In this document: piece by piece, positions 56,933 to 64,000 of the stretch
How positions within the stretch are numbered: position 1 is the first letter of the stretch
How the letters are laid out: each line of letters begins with the position of its first letter
Origin: Sandaracinaceae bacterium
GTDB lineage: Bacteria; Myxococcota_A; Polyangia; Polyangiales; Sandaracinaceae
Length of the DNA stretch: 64,000 bases
Assembly: GCA_050186575.1 (NCBI GenBank)
Contig: JBFWYI010000006.1
Location: 35,130 to 99,129, forward strand
Reading direction: 5' to 3'
Program-made: the position numbers and the translations under genes
Notes under the pieces: model-generated
What the model saw: the letters and a program-made list of their open reading frames with translations, nothing else
What the model was told of the DNA's origin: nothing
Databases searched by the model: none

Positions 56933-57901
56933 GTGCGTGCGTGGCTCGCTCGGTGGTGCGTCGCCCTCGCGCTCGGCGCGGGCTGTGGGGCACCCTCCGA
57001 GGTCGTGGCCCCTCCTCCACCCTCCCCCGCGTCGGTCCTGATCCTCGGGCACCGCGGCGCGCGCGGGCATGCCCCGGAGAACACGCTCGAGGGCTTCCGC
57101 GAGGCGTTCCGGATCGGCGTCGACGGGATCGAGCTCGACGTCGTCACGACGGCGGATGGCGTGCTCGTGGTGCATCACGACGCGGCGCTGAACGTCGACC
57201 TCGCCCGGCTCGACGGCGCGCCGATCGAGGCGCCGATCCCGATCGGTGAGCTCACGCTCGCCGAGCTCGCGCGCTACGAGGTCGGCCGCGCGCGCGAGGG
57301 GAGCGCCTACGCGGCGCGGTTCCCCGAGCAGCGTCCGATCGAAGGCGCACGCGTGCCTACGCTCGACGCGGTGCTCCGGATGATCACCGAGCTGTCCGAC
57401 GACGCGCGCATCAACGTGGAGCTCAAGCTGACGCCGAGCGACGCGGACGCGGACGTGGAGCGCACGGTGACGGAGACGCTGCGCCTCCTCGAGGAGCGCG
57501 GCGCGATCTCACGCGTGATCCTCTCGTGCTTCGACTTCCGCGCGCTCGTGATCGCGAGGCGCCTCGCGCCCGATCTCGAGACCTCGTGCCTCACCGAGCG
57601 GCTCAGCGACGATCCGTCGTGGCACGCGGGCCGTGTCACCGCCGATCACGGCTCGCTCCCGCGCGTGGTCGCGCACGTCGGCTGCGCCAGCTGGGCGCCC
57701 GACCACGAGTCCCTCGCGCGCGCTCAGGTGGACGAGGCGCACGCGCTCGGCCTGCGCGTGGTGGTGTGGACGGTCAACGAACCGAGCGATCTGGAGCGCG
57801 TGCTCGACCTCGGCATCGACGCCATCATCACGGACTATCCGGACCGCGCGAGGACGGTGCTCACCGAACGCGCGATGGCGGTACCGAGGCGCTACCCATA
57901 G
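56933..57901 (+). CDS. Glycerophosphodiester phosphodiesterase (GDPD) lipoprotein
   Basis: Lipobox 'LALGAGCG'. 'HRGARGHAPENTLEGFREA' and 'GIELDVVTTADGVLVVHHD' are GDPD catalytic His/Glu motifs. Confidence 0.8.
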   Translation: MRAWLARWCVALALGAGCGAPSEVVAPPPPSPASVLILGHRGARGHAPENTLEGFREAFRIGVDGIELDVVTTADGVLVVHHDAALNVDLARLDGAPIEAPIPIGELTLAELARYEVGRAREGSAYAARFPEQRPIEGARVPTLDAVLRMITELSDDARINVELKLTPSDADADVERTVTETLRLLEERGAISRVILSCFDFRALVIARRLAPDLETSCLTERLSDDPSWHAGRVTADHGSLPRVVAHVGCASWAPDHESLARAQVDEAHALGLRVVVWTVNEPSDLERVLDLGIDAIITDYPDRARTVLTERAMAVPRRYP

Positions 57902-57927
57902 GCGAGCGCGATTCCGATTCCGAATAG

Positions 57928-57968
57928 TCCGAGTCCGAGTCCGAGTCCGAGTCCGAGTCCGAGTCCGA
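57928..57968. repeat. Hexanucleotide microsatellite (GAGTCC)6-7 flanked by GATTCC half-repeats
   Basis: Read directly between the convergent stops of the GDPD (57901) and VanW (57995) genes. Confidence 0.85.
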
Positions 57969-57994
57969 TTATTCCGATTCCGAGTCCGATCCGC

Positions 57995-59620
57995 TCATGG
58001 CTGCGGGAAGCCGAGCCTCTCCGTCCAGCCCGCTACCCCCGTGCGACCTGCACGTCGCACTACGCGTTGACCACGCACTCCCTCGCCCTGCGTGACCTCG
58101 AGGTATCCGTCGGCGGTGTACTCGCCGTGGCCGTCGCCCGCGGGGGGCTCGTAGTCGGGCGCCGCGACGCCGCCGCTGCCGACGCGCCAGATCTGCTCCG
58201 TCGGCGGATAGTGATCCTCGGCGCGCGTCCGACGCGCTTGGTTCATCGCGGTATCGCGCACGATCCGGAAGCTCGTGATCTCGAAGCCCGGCACACCCCG
58301 CTGCTGGAGCACGCGCGTGCCGCGCGGGAGGCTCGAGTCCGCGATCTCGCGCTCCGTGTACGCGAGCACGTCGTCGATGCGGCGGACGAACGTCACGAGG
58401 CGCGGCAGGCTCGGGCCGCGGATCTCGGCGCGCGCGATGCCGCCCTCGACGGTGAAGCCGACCGCCACCGGGACGTCGAGGTCGTTCTGGAATCGCAAGT
58501 TGAGCTGCGGGTAGCTCACCACCGCGTCGAGGCCCATGTAGATGTACGTGCTGGGCCGGCTGTGCGGCGAGCGCTCCACCACCGGCAGTCCGGCGAAGAA
58601 CACCGCGGCGTGCAGCGTGCCCGCCACCTGACACGTACCACCGCCGAGCCCGTCGACGAGCTCGCCGCCCGCGATCACCGGAGCGGGACGGAACCCGTTT
58701 GCTTCGCTGCGCTCTCCGACCAGCTCGTTGAAGTCGAACGTCTCGTGCGGCATGAGGACGATGCCGTCGATCTTCTGCGCCGCGACCTGGAGGTTGAACG
58801 CACGGTCGCGCGACTCGTCGATGGAGCTGTAGTGCGTCTCGTAGCTCCCGAGCACCGCGCTCAGGTCGAGCCCGAGCAGCTCCGCCTCGCTCCGGCGCGC
58901 AGGACGCTGCTGGACCGCCGCGCTCACCTGCGAGCGTCCCGCTTCGAGCCCCGAGCGGAGCGCGTCGAGCGTGCCGTGTACGTCGAGGATCCGCCCGTCC
59001 ACGTGTGCGCGGATCTGCTGGGTGCGCACGTCGATCCGCGCGTCGCTCGCGCGACGATCGTAGCCATCCTTGATCTGCGCGAGCTGCTCGAACGCCGCCG
59101 CCTCGTCCAGCGCGACCGGCGGCGGCAGCGTGAGCTCGGCTCCACCGAGGCGCCGCATGCGGCTCGTCGACTCGAGCGCTTGCGCGAGCATCGACGCGAG
59201 CCGCGCCCGATCGATCCGCGCCCCCCAACCCGCGCGCGACTGCGTGATCGGCGCGTGGTCGGCGATCTCGATCGTCAAGGTTTCGTGCGACCATCGATCC
59301 GCGAATGCCCGCGCGATCGCGTCCGGGTCGCTCCCCTTGGGGACGAGCATCGTCGCGTCGGGTCCGCCTCCATCGATCCGCACCACCGCGTCCGGCGCGC
59401 GAGCGCGGGTGGCCGACGAGGCCTGCGACGGCCCCGCCAGGCCCAACGCGAGGGCACCTCCCGCCGCCGCGAAGCTCGCTACCGCGACGATCACCCGCAG
59501 GCGCTCGAGCACGGCGACCGGGCCGAGGCGACCGGGCGGCTCGGGCCGCGCGCCGTCGAGCGTCAGCCCCGACGCCGAGACGTCCCGCGACTGCTCCGGC
59601 GCGCTGCCATCGACCGCCAT
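57995..59620 (-). CDS. VanW family protein
   Basis: The 'LGGGTCQVAGTLHAAVFFAGLPVVERSPHS' VanW core is present, with an N-terminal TM segment. Confidence 0.8.
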   Translation of the reverse strand: MAVDGSAPEQSRDVSASGLTLDGARPEPPGRLGPVAVLERLRVIVAVASFAAAGGALALGLAGPSQASSATRARAPDAVVRIDGGGPDATMLVPKGSDPDAIARAFADRWSHETLTIEIADHAPITQSRAGWGARIDRARLASMLAQALESTSRMRRLGGAELTLPPPVALDEAAAFEQLAQIKDGYDRRASDARIDVRTQQIRAHVDGRILDVHGTLDALRSGLEAGRSQVSAAVQQRPARRSEAELLGLDLSAVLGSYETHYSSIDESRDRAFNLQVAAQKIDGIVLMPHETFDFNELVGERSEANGFRPAPVIAGGELVDGLGGGTCQVAGTLHAAVFFAGLPVVERSPHSRPSTYIYMGLDAVVSYPQLNLRFQNDLDVPVAVGFTVEGGIARAEIRGPSLPRLVTFVRRIDDVLAYTEREIADSSLPRGTRVLQQRGVPGFEITSFRIVRDTAMNQARRTRAEDHYPPTEQIWRVGSGGVAAPDYEPPAGDGHGEYTADGYLEVTQGEGVRGQRVVRRAGRTGVAGWTERLGFPQP

Positions 59621-59651
59621 CGGCCGAACCTCGCGAAGCGCAGGAGATCGG

Positions 59652-60155
59652 TCAAGATTTCGACTCGGCGCGCCTCCGCCAGACCGGGACGTCGTGGTCC
59701 TCGGCGGGCTGGTAGGTCACCGAGAAGTCGCGGAACGCCGCGAGCGCATCGTCGACCCGCTGCGACGCGGCGAGCTCGAACGAGCTGAACCCGCAGCGCG
59801 AGAGGTAGAGCAGCTGATCGCGCAGCACCGCGCCCACCGCGCGCAGGTCGCCCGCGTAGCCGTGTTTGTCGCGCAGCAGCCGCGCGAGCGAGTACGCGCG
59901 GCCGTCCGTGAACTTCGGGATGGTCACGACGACGAGCGAGACGCCGTCGAGCTGCGCCGCGAGCTCATCCGGATCCGCGTCACCCTCGACCCGCACGCCG
60001 AGGCGGGCCGGCCCCCGCGCGCGCGCCGACGCGAGGGCCTCGATCGGGGCGATCACCGAGGCGCCGGCGAGATCCACATCGTCAGCCGGAAGGAGGGTCC
60101 ACGCGTCGTCCTCGACGACGTGCGCGGCGCCGCCCTCGACGGAGAGCAAGGTCAT
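59652..60155 (-). CDS. DUF934 family protein (sulfite-reductase-associated)
   Basis: A 167-aa protein whose start overlaps the stop of the upstream sulfite reductase gene. 'VVTIPKFTDGRAYSLARLLRDKHGYAGDLRAVG' is a DUF934-type region. Confidence 0.55.
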   Translation of the reverse strand: MTLLSVEGGAAHVVEDDAWTLLPADDVDLAGASVIAPIEALASARARGPARLGVRVEGDADPDELAAQLDGVSLVVVTIPKFTDGRAYSLARLLRDKHGYAGDLRAVGAVLRDQLLYLSRCGFSSFELAASQRVDDALAAFRDFSVTYQPAEDHDVPVWRRRAESKS

Positions 60156-61819
60156 GGCGCGGCTCCGTACACGGCATCCTTGAACGGCCGCGCGCCGACC
60201 CGCCGATACGTCTCGAGGAAGGTCTCTTGCGCCGACGTCCGCAGCTCGAGGTAGGCCTGGACCGCGCGCTCCACCGCCTCGCCGATCTCGCCCTCCGTCA
60301 ACGCGCGCCCGAGGATCGCGCCGAGCGACGCGCTGTCGCCCGACGAGCCGCCGAGCATGAGCTGGTAGTGCTCAACGCCCTGCTTGTCGATCCCGAGGAT
60401 CCCGATGTGGCCCACGTGGTGATGGCCGCACGCGTTGATGCAGCCGCTGATGTTGAGGTGGAGCTCACCGAGGTCGTAGAGCGCGCCGAGGTCGGCGAAG
60501 CGCCGCGTGAGGTCCTGCGCGATCGGGATCGAGCGCGCGTTGGCGAGACTGCAGTAGTCGAGCCCCGGACAGCACACCACGTCGGTGAGCTTGCCGACGT
60601 TCGGCGTGGCGAACCCGTGCCGCGCGAGCTCGCGATGGAGCTCGGGCAGGTCGCGGCGGCGCACGTCGGTCAAGACGAGGTTCTGCCGGTGCGTCACCAC
60701 GAGCCGGCCGAACGAGAATCGCTCCGCGATGTCGGCCACCGCGTCGAGCTGGTCCGAGGTCACGTCGCCCGGCGGGAGCTCCTTGGACTTGAGCGACAGG
60801 TTGACGATCGCGTAGCCGGCGACGCGGTGTGGGGTGACGTTGTGCTCGGCCCAACGCGCGAACGCGCGGTCCTTGTCGAGGAGCGACGCCGCGACGCTGG
60901 ACGGGGCGGCGGGATCGATCACCTCGTACGGCGGAGGGAGGAACGCGCGCACGAACGGCTCGACGTCGGCGTCGGTGAGGCGCAGGGGGCCATCCTTGAT
61001 CCGCTCGTGCTCCTCGCCGACCAACCGCGCGAACTCCTCGGGCCCGGTCTGCTTCACGAGGACCTTGATGCGCGCCTTGTACTTGTTGTCGCGGCGCCCG
61101 AGCCGGTTGTAGGTACGCAAGACCGCTTCCGAGTACGAGACGAGGTCGCGCTTCTCGACGAACGGCGCGATGCACGGCGCGAGGAGCGGCGTGCGGCCCT
61201 GCCCTCCGCCGACGTAGAACGCGAACCCGACTTCGCCAGCGTCGTTCTTCACGACGCGGATGCCAATGTCGTGCACCGCGATGGCCGCGCGATCCACGGT
61301 CGCGCCGGTGACGGCGAACTTGAACTTGCGGGGGAGGAACGCGAACTCGGGGTGGAACGTCGACCACTGCCGCAGGAGCTCGCAGTACGGGCGCGGATCC
61401 TCGATCTCGTCGGCCGCGACGCCCGCGTAGGGATCGCTCGTGATGTTGCGGATGCAGTTCCCGCTCGTCTGGATCGCGTGCATCTCGACCTCGGCGAGCT
61501 CGTCGAGGATCCGCGGCACGTCGGTCAGCGCGGGCCAGTTCAGCTGGACGTTCTGGCGCGTGGTGAAGTGCACGTACCCGCGGTCGTAGAGGCGCGCGAT
61601 CCGCGCGAGGCGACGCACCTGCCGGCTCGACAACAAACCGTACGGAATCGCGATCCGCATCATGTACGCGTGCAGCTGCATGTAGAGGCCGTTCTGCAGC
61701 CTCAGCGGCTTGAACTCGTCCTCGCCGAGCCGGCCATCGATGCGGCGCACGACCTGATCGCGGAACTGCGCCGCGCGCTCCACGACGATGCGGCGATCGA
61801 ACGCGTCGTACTGGTACAT
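60152..61819 (-). CDS. Nitrite/sulfite reductase hemoprotein (siroheme/[4Fe-4S]), ferredoxin-dependent-type assimilatory sulfite reductase
   Basis: Two NIR_SIR ferredoxin-like half-domains are present, plus the siroheme-cluster Cys motif 'CPGLDYC...GCINAC'. Confidence 0.85.
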   Translation of the reverse strand: MYQYDAFDRRIVVERAAQFRDQVVRRIDGRLGEDEFKPLRLQNGLYMQLHAYMMRIAIPYGLLSSRQVRRLARIARLYDRGYVHFTTRQNVQLNWPALTDVPRILDELAEVEMHAIQTSGNCIRNITSDPYAGVAADEIEDPRPYCELLRQWSTFHPEFAFLPRKFKFAVTGATVDRAAIAVHDIGIRVVKNDAGEVGFAFYVGGGQGRTPLLAPCIAPFVEKRDLVSYSEAVLRTYNRLGRRDNKYKARIKVLVKQTGPEEFARLVGEEHERIKDGPLRLTDADVEPFVRAFLPPPYEVIDPAAPSSVAASLLDKDRAFARWAEHNVTPHRVAGYAIVNLSLKSKELPPGDVTSDQLDAVADIAERFSFGRLVVTHRQNLVLTDVRRRDLPELHRELARHGFATPNVGKLTDVVCCPGLDYCSLANARSIPIAQDLTRRFADLGALYDLGELHLNISGCINACGHHHVGHIGILGIDKQGVEHYQLMLGGSSGDSASLGAILGRALTEGEIGEAVERAVQAYLELRTSAQETFLETYRRVGARPFKDAVYGAAP

Positions 61820-61833
61820 GACGGTGCGCTCGC

Positions 61834-62244
61834 TCAGCCGACCGCGCGGATGCGATCCGGCGCCGACACGGCGGGAGGTGGCGCGCCCACTCGCACCACG
61901 TGGGGCGAGATCCCGGTTGGGGTGTAACCGGGCGGCGCATAGCCGAGGCGAACCAGTGTCGGCGCCGGACCTTCGGCCCGGATGATCTCCCGCGTGCTCC
62001 GCGGCACGAGCGCGCCGTCGACGCGATCGACGTCGACGACGTACGGGTCACAGACGACGGCCTCGTCGGTGCGCGCCCAGCCGAGGAGCGCGTCCGCCGC
62101 GTCGGCCGGTCCGGACCACGCCTGCTGGAGGCTCGGGCTCCATGCTCGGGTGGGCGTCAGGTAGCGGACACCGCCGTCCATGAGCGCGTTGGCCGTCACG
62201 ACCCAGGCCTGCTCGACCGCCCGCTCCAACCTCGCCTGCTCCAT
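61834..62244 (-). CDS. DUF2849-like protein upstream of sulfite reductase (start uncertain)
   Basis: A small ORF immediately upstream on the same strand. Its position matches the DUF2849-CysI-DUF934 arrangement, but sequence similarity is not verifiable here. Confidence 0.35.
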   Translation of the reverse strand: MEQARLERAVEQAWVVTANALMDGGVRYLTPTRAWSPSLQQAWSGPADAADALLGWARTDEAVVCDPYVVDVDRVDGALVPRSTREIIRAEGPAPTLVRLGYAPPGYTPTGISPHVVRVGAPPPAVSAPDRIRAVG

Positions 62245-62429
62245 GGTCTCGTCTCCCGCTTTGACGACCGGCATTTCCGACCAACAAACCGTACAAAAGG
62301 ATTTCTGACGCCAATCCCCAGCAAACGCAAGCCAAATTCGCTTGCATTGCCGAGTGATTCAGTCGGGAATCTGCCCGCACGGGCGACTTGACGGCCCCCC
62401 GAACGCGGGCTAATTGCGCCCTCCGCGAT

Positions 62430-62500
62430 TCGGGGATCGTCCAACGGCAGGACTCCAGTTTCTGGTACTGGCTATCTAGGTTCGAATCCTAGTCCCCGAG
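62430..62500 (+). tRNA. tRNA-Gln (anticodon CTG)
   Basis: Acceptor TCGGGGA/TCCCCGA and D-arm GTCC/GGAC. Anticodon stem CCAGT/ACTGG carries loop TTCTGGT. The T-loop is TTCGAAT and the discriminator is G. Confidence 0.8.
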
Positions 62501-62569
62501 TGGGCGACTCGCGTCTGCCGCAGTCGTCTCGGTTCCTGGCTCGCTCCGTTCCTTCGCTCGGTTCGCTCT

Positions 62570-62641
62570 GGCCCCATCGTCTAGTGGTTAGGACATCGGC
62601 CTCTCACGCCGGTAACAGGGGTTCAAATCCCCTTGGGGTCA
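62570..62641 (+). tRNA. tRNA-Glu (anticodon CTC)
   Basis: Acceptor GGCCCCA/TGGGGTC and D-arm GTCT/GGAC. Anticodon stem TCGGC/GCCGG carries loop CTCTCAC. The T-loop is TTCAAAT and the discriminator is A. Confidence 0.8.
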
Positions 62642-62650
62642 CTCGTCGCT

Positions 62651-62860
62651 CCCGCAGCTCGCTCCGGACCCGCCGCTTCGCGGGAGGGTCCTTTGCTCCC
62701 CGCTCGGACCATCCCGCGGCTCGCTCCGGACCCGCCGCTTCGCGGGAGGGTCCTTTGCTCCCCGCTCGGACCATCCCGCGGCTCGCTCCGGACCCGCCGC
62801 TTCGCGGGAGGGTCCTTTGCTCCCCGCTCGGACATCCCGCAGCTCGCTCCGGACCCGTGG
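62651..62860. repeat. 62-bp tandem repeat, about 3.4 nearly identical copies, each with an internal hairpin (GACCCGCCGCTTCGCGGGAGGGTC)
   Basis: Copies at 62651-62712, 62713-62774 and 62775-62835 (the third lacks 1 nt), with a partial fourth copy. The unit is 'CCCGCRGCTCGCTCCGGACCCGCCGCTTCGCGGGAGGGTCCTTTGCTCCCCGCTCGGACCAT'. It is not CRISPR: there are no unique spacers. Confidence 0.85.
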
Positions 62861-62874
62861 TAGATAGGCGTCCT

Positions 62875-63273
62875 ATGCGCGCGACGAATCCGTCGGTGGC
62901 TCTGACCGAGGGCATCCGGGTGACCGTCACCTGTCGGTACCTCGCGGAGCAGTCGAACCCCACGGGTCATCGCTACGTGTGGGCGTACACGGTCGCGATC
63001 GTCAACGAGGGATCGGAGCCCGCAAAGCTCGTTTCGCGGCACTGGATCATCACCGACGCGACCGGCAAGGTCGACGAGGTGAAGGGGCCCGGAGTGGTCG
63101 GGGAGACGCCTCACCTCGGGCCGGGCACGCGCTTCCAGTACACGAGCGGCTGCATCCTGCAGGCGCCGCGCGGGACGATGCATGGCACCTATCAGATGGT
63201 GCGCGACGACGGACGGCCCTTCGACGCGACCATCGCGCCGTTCTCGCTGACCATGCCCGTCGAGCTCAACTGA
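62875..63273 (+). CDS. apaG: ApaG (DUF525) protein
   Basis: 'IRVTVTCRYLAEQSNPTGHRYVWAYTVAIVNEG...HWIITDATGKVDEVKGPGVVGETPHLGPGTRFQYTSGCILQAPRGTMHGTYQM' is colinear with ApaG. Confidence 0.8.
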   Translation: MRATNPSVALTEGIRVTVTCRYLAEQSNPTGHRYVWAYTVAIVNEGSEPAKLVSRHWIITDATGKVDEVKGPGVVGETPHLGPGTRFQYTSGCILQAPRGTMHGTYQMVRDDGRPFDATIAPFSLTMPVELN

Positions 63274-63335
63274 GCCGGTCGAGCTGAGCTGAGCCGGTCG
63301 AGCCGAACCCAGACCGCTACGCGCGGGCCAGACCG

Positions 63336-63845
63336 CTACGCGCTGGCCTGGGTCGCGTCCCAGGTCGACTTGATGCGCTTGAACGACTCGATCGCGTCGG
63401 CGCCGAGGTTGAGCGCGCCGGCCGCCACGAGCTTCTCGTGGATCGCGCGCGGGTCGCGATCCCAACCGGGCGGGACGTCGAGCTTGAGGTTGAGTGGCAC
63501 GCCCTTGAGGTGCCCTTGCTCCTCGAGCGCCCACAGGATCTCGGCGGCGAGGAACTGCCCCGCGATGGCGCGTACCTCGGGAGCGAGCGTCGCGTTCAAC
63601 GGAAACAGGTCGTAGACGGCGACCGCGTCGCTCGCCTTGCCCGCCGTATCGCGCAGCGCCGCGAACGCCGGCGGCGGAATCGGGAGCTCCACGACGTCCA
63701 AACCCGCGATGTCCTCCGGACTCGTGGATCGAAACGCGCGCTCCATCGCGTCGGCGTGGCTCACCGTGATGGCGGCTGGACGCGCGCTCCCGTCGAGGAT
63801 CGCGGTGACGACGATGAACGGGCGACGATCGGCTTCGGCACTCAT
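63336..63845 (-). CDS. Hypothetical protein (169 aa)
   Basis: Balanced composition with no recognisable motif. Confidence 0.4.
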   Translation of the reverse strand: MSAEADRRPFIVVTAILDGSARPAAITVSHADAMERAFRSTSPEDIAGLDVVELPIPPPAFAALRDTAGKASDAVAVYDLFPLNATLAPEVRAIAGQFLAAEILWALEEQGHLKGVPLNLKLDVPPGWDRDPRAIHEKLVAAGALNLGADAIESFKRIKSTWDATQASA

Positions 63846-64000
63846 CCCGCGGCGAAGCCTGCCTCAACTGAGCGACATCGGCAGCGAAATTCGAGCCGCG
63901 AGCAAAGGTCCACCCGAGCGAGCGGCGGAGTGGAGGTGAGTCGCACGACGTCACGGAAATTGGTCTACGAAAACCCATGCCCTCGTGGTAGGTCCCCCGT

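Noticed and set aside
62651-62860. The array of identical 62-bp units next to a tRNA could be mistaken for a CRISPR array
   Set aside because: All intervening sequence is part of the same repeating unit, so there are no unique spacers. The unit is 62 bp, longer than a CRISPR repeat, and no cas genes are nearby. It is called a tandem minisatellite instead.
62500-62874. The 5' part of ORF 62500-63273, and ORFs 62604-62963(-) and 62633-62863(+), translating the 62-bp repeat into repetitive peptides
   Set aside because: The translation merely mirrors the DNA tandem repeat. The apaG homology begins only at Met 62875.

Overview
This is a 64 kb, very high-GC (about 70%) chromosomal segment whose third-codon positions are GC-saturated. 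The gene content points to a myxobacterium (Deltaproteobacteria/Myxococcota): a MYXO-CTERM-type sorting tail, many lipoproteins carrying Asp/Ala/Gly low-complexity linkers, a Ser/Thr kinase paired with an FHA sigma-54 activator, and several Hsp70 and NtrC-like paralogs. About 50 protein genes and 4 tRNAs (Val-TAC, Asp-GTC, Gln-CTG, Glu-CTC) are supportable from the sequence.

Two RND efflux loci:
- 4168-10524: a canonical outer-membrane factor (OMF), membrane fusion protein (MFP) and RND pump with overlapping stop/start codons.
- 20437-26156: a TetR-controlled MFP followed by a 1497-aa RND pump whose frame runs without a stop into a complete TolC-like outer-membrane-factor domain that carries its own signal-peptide-like segment. 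This RND-OMF fusion is the most unusual feature in the window.

Other notable content:
- An Hsp70 with a roughly 250-aa Pro/acidic insertion and no helical lid, translationally coupled to a J-domain protein and an alkyltransferase-like (Atl) protein.
- Two STAND P-loop ATPase/TPR regulators with C-terminal OmpR-type winged helices.
- A Ser/Thr kinase, an FHA-GAF sigma-54 activator and a small membrane protein in one operon.
- A cyclic-nucleotide-binding, TrxR-like flavoprotein lacking the CxxC pair, next to a UBP-type zinc-finger protein and a bestrophin.
- A parallel beta-helix / di-heme cytochrome c lipoprotein pair.
- A DUF2849 / sulfite reductase / DUF934 cluster.
- Housekeeping genes trpE, glyA and coaBC.

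Non-coding structure includes a 62-bp hairpin-containing tandem repeat (about 3.4 copies) between tRNA-Glu and apaG, a 13-bp triple repeat fused to the 3' end of tRNA-Val, a (GAGTCC)n microsatellite between convergent genes, and a CACGTG/GACGTC-rich repeat next to a putative sigma-54 promoter.

Many long ORFs in the six-frame track are Arg/Ala/Gly-rich antisense or out-of-frame artefacts of the GC bias and are not called. All coordinates come from the ORF-track frames plus manual reading; tRNA and repeat ends may be off by 1-2 nt.
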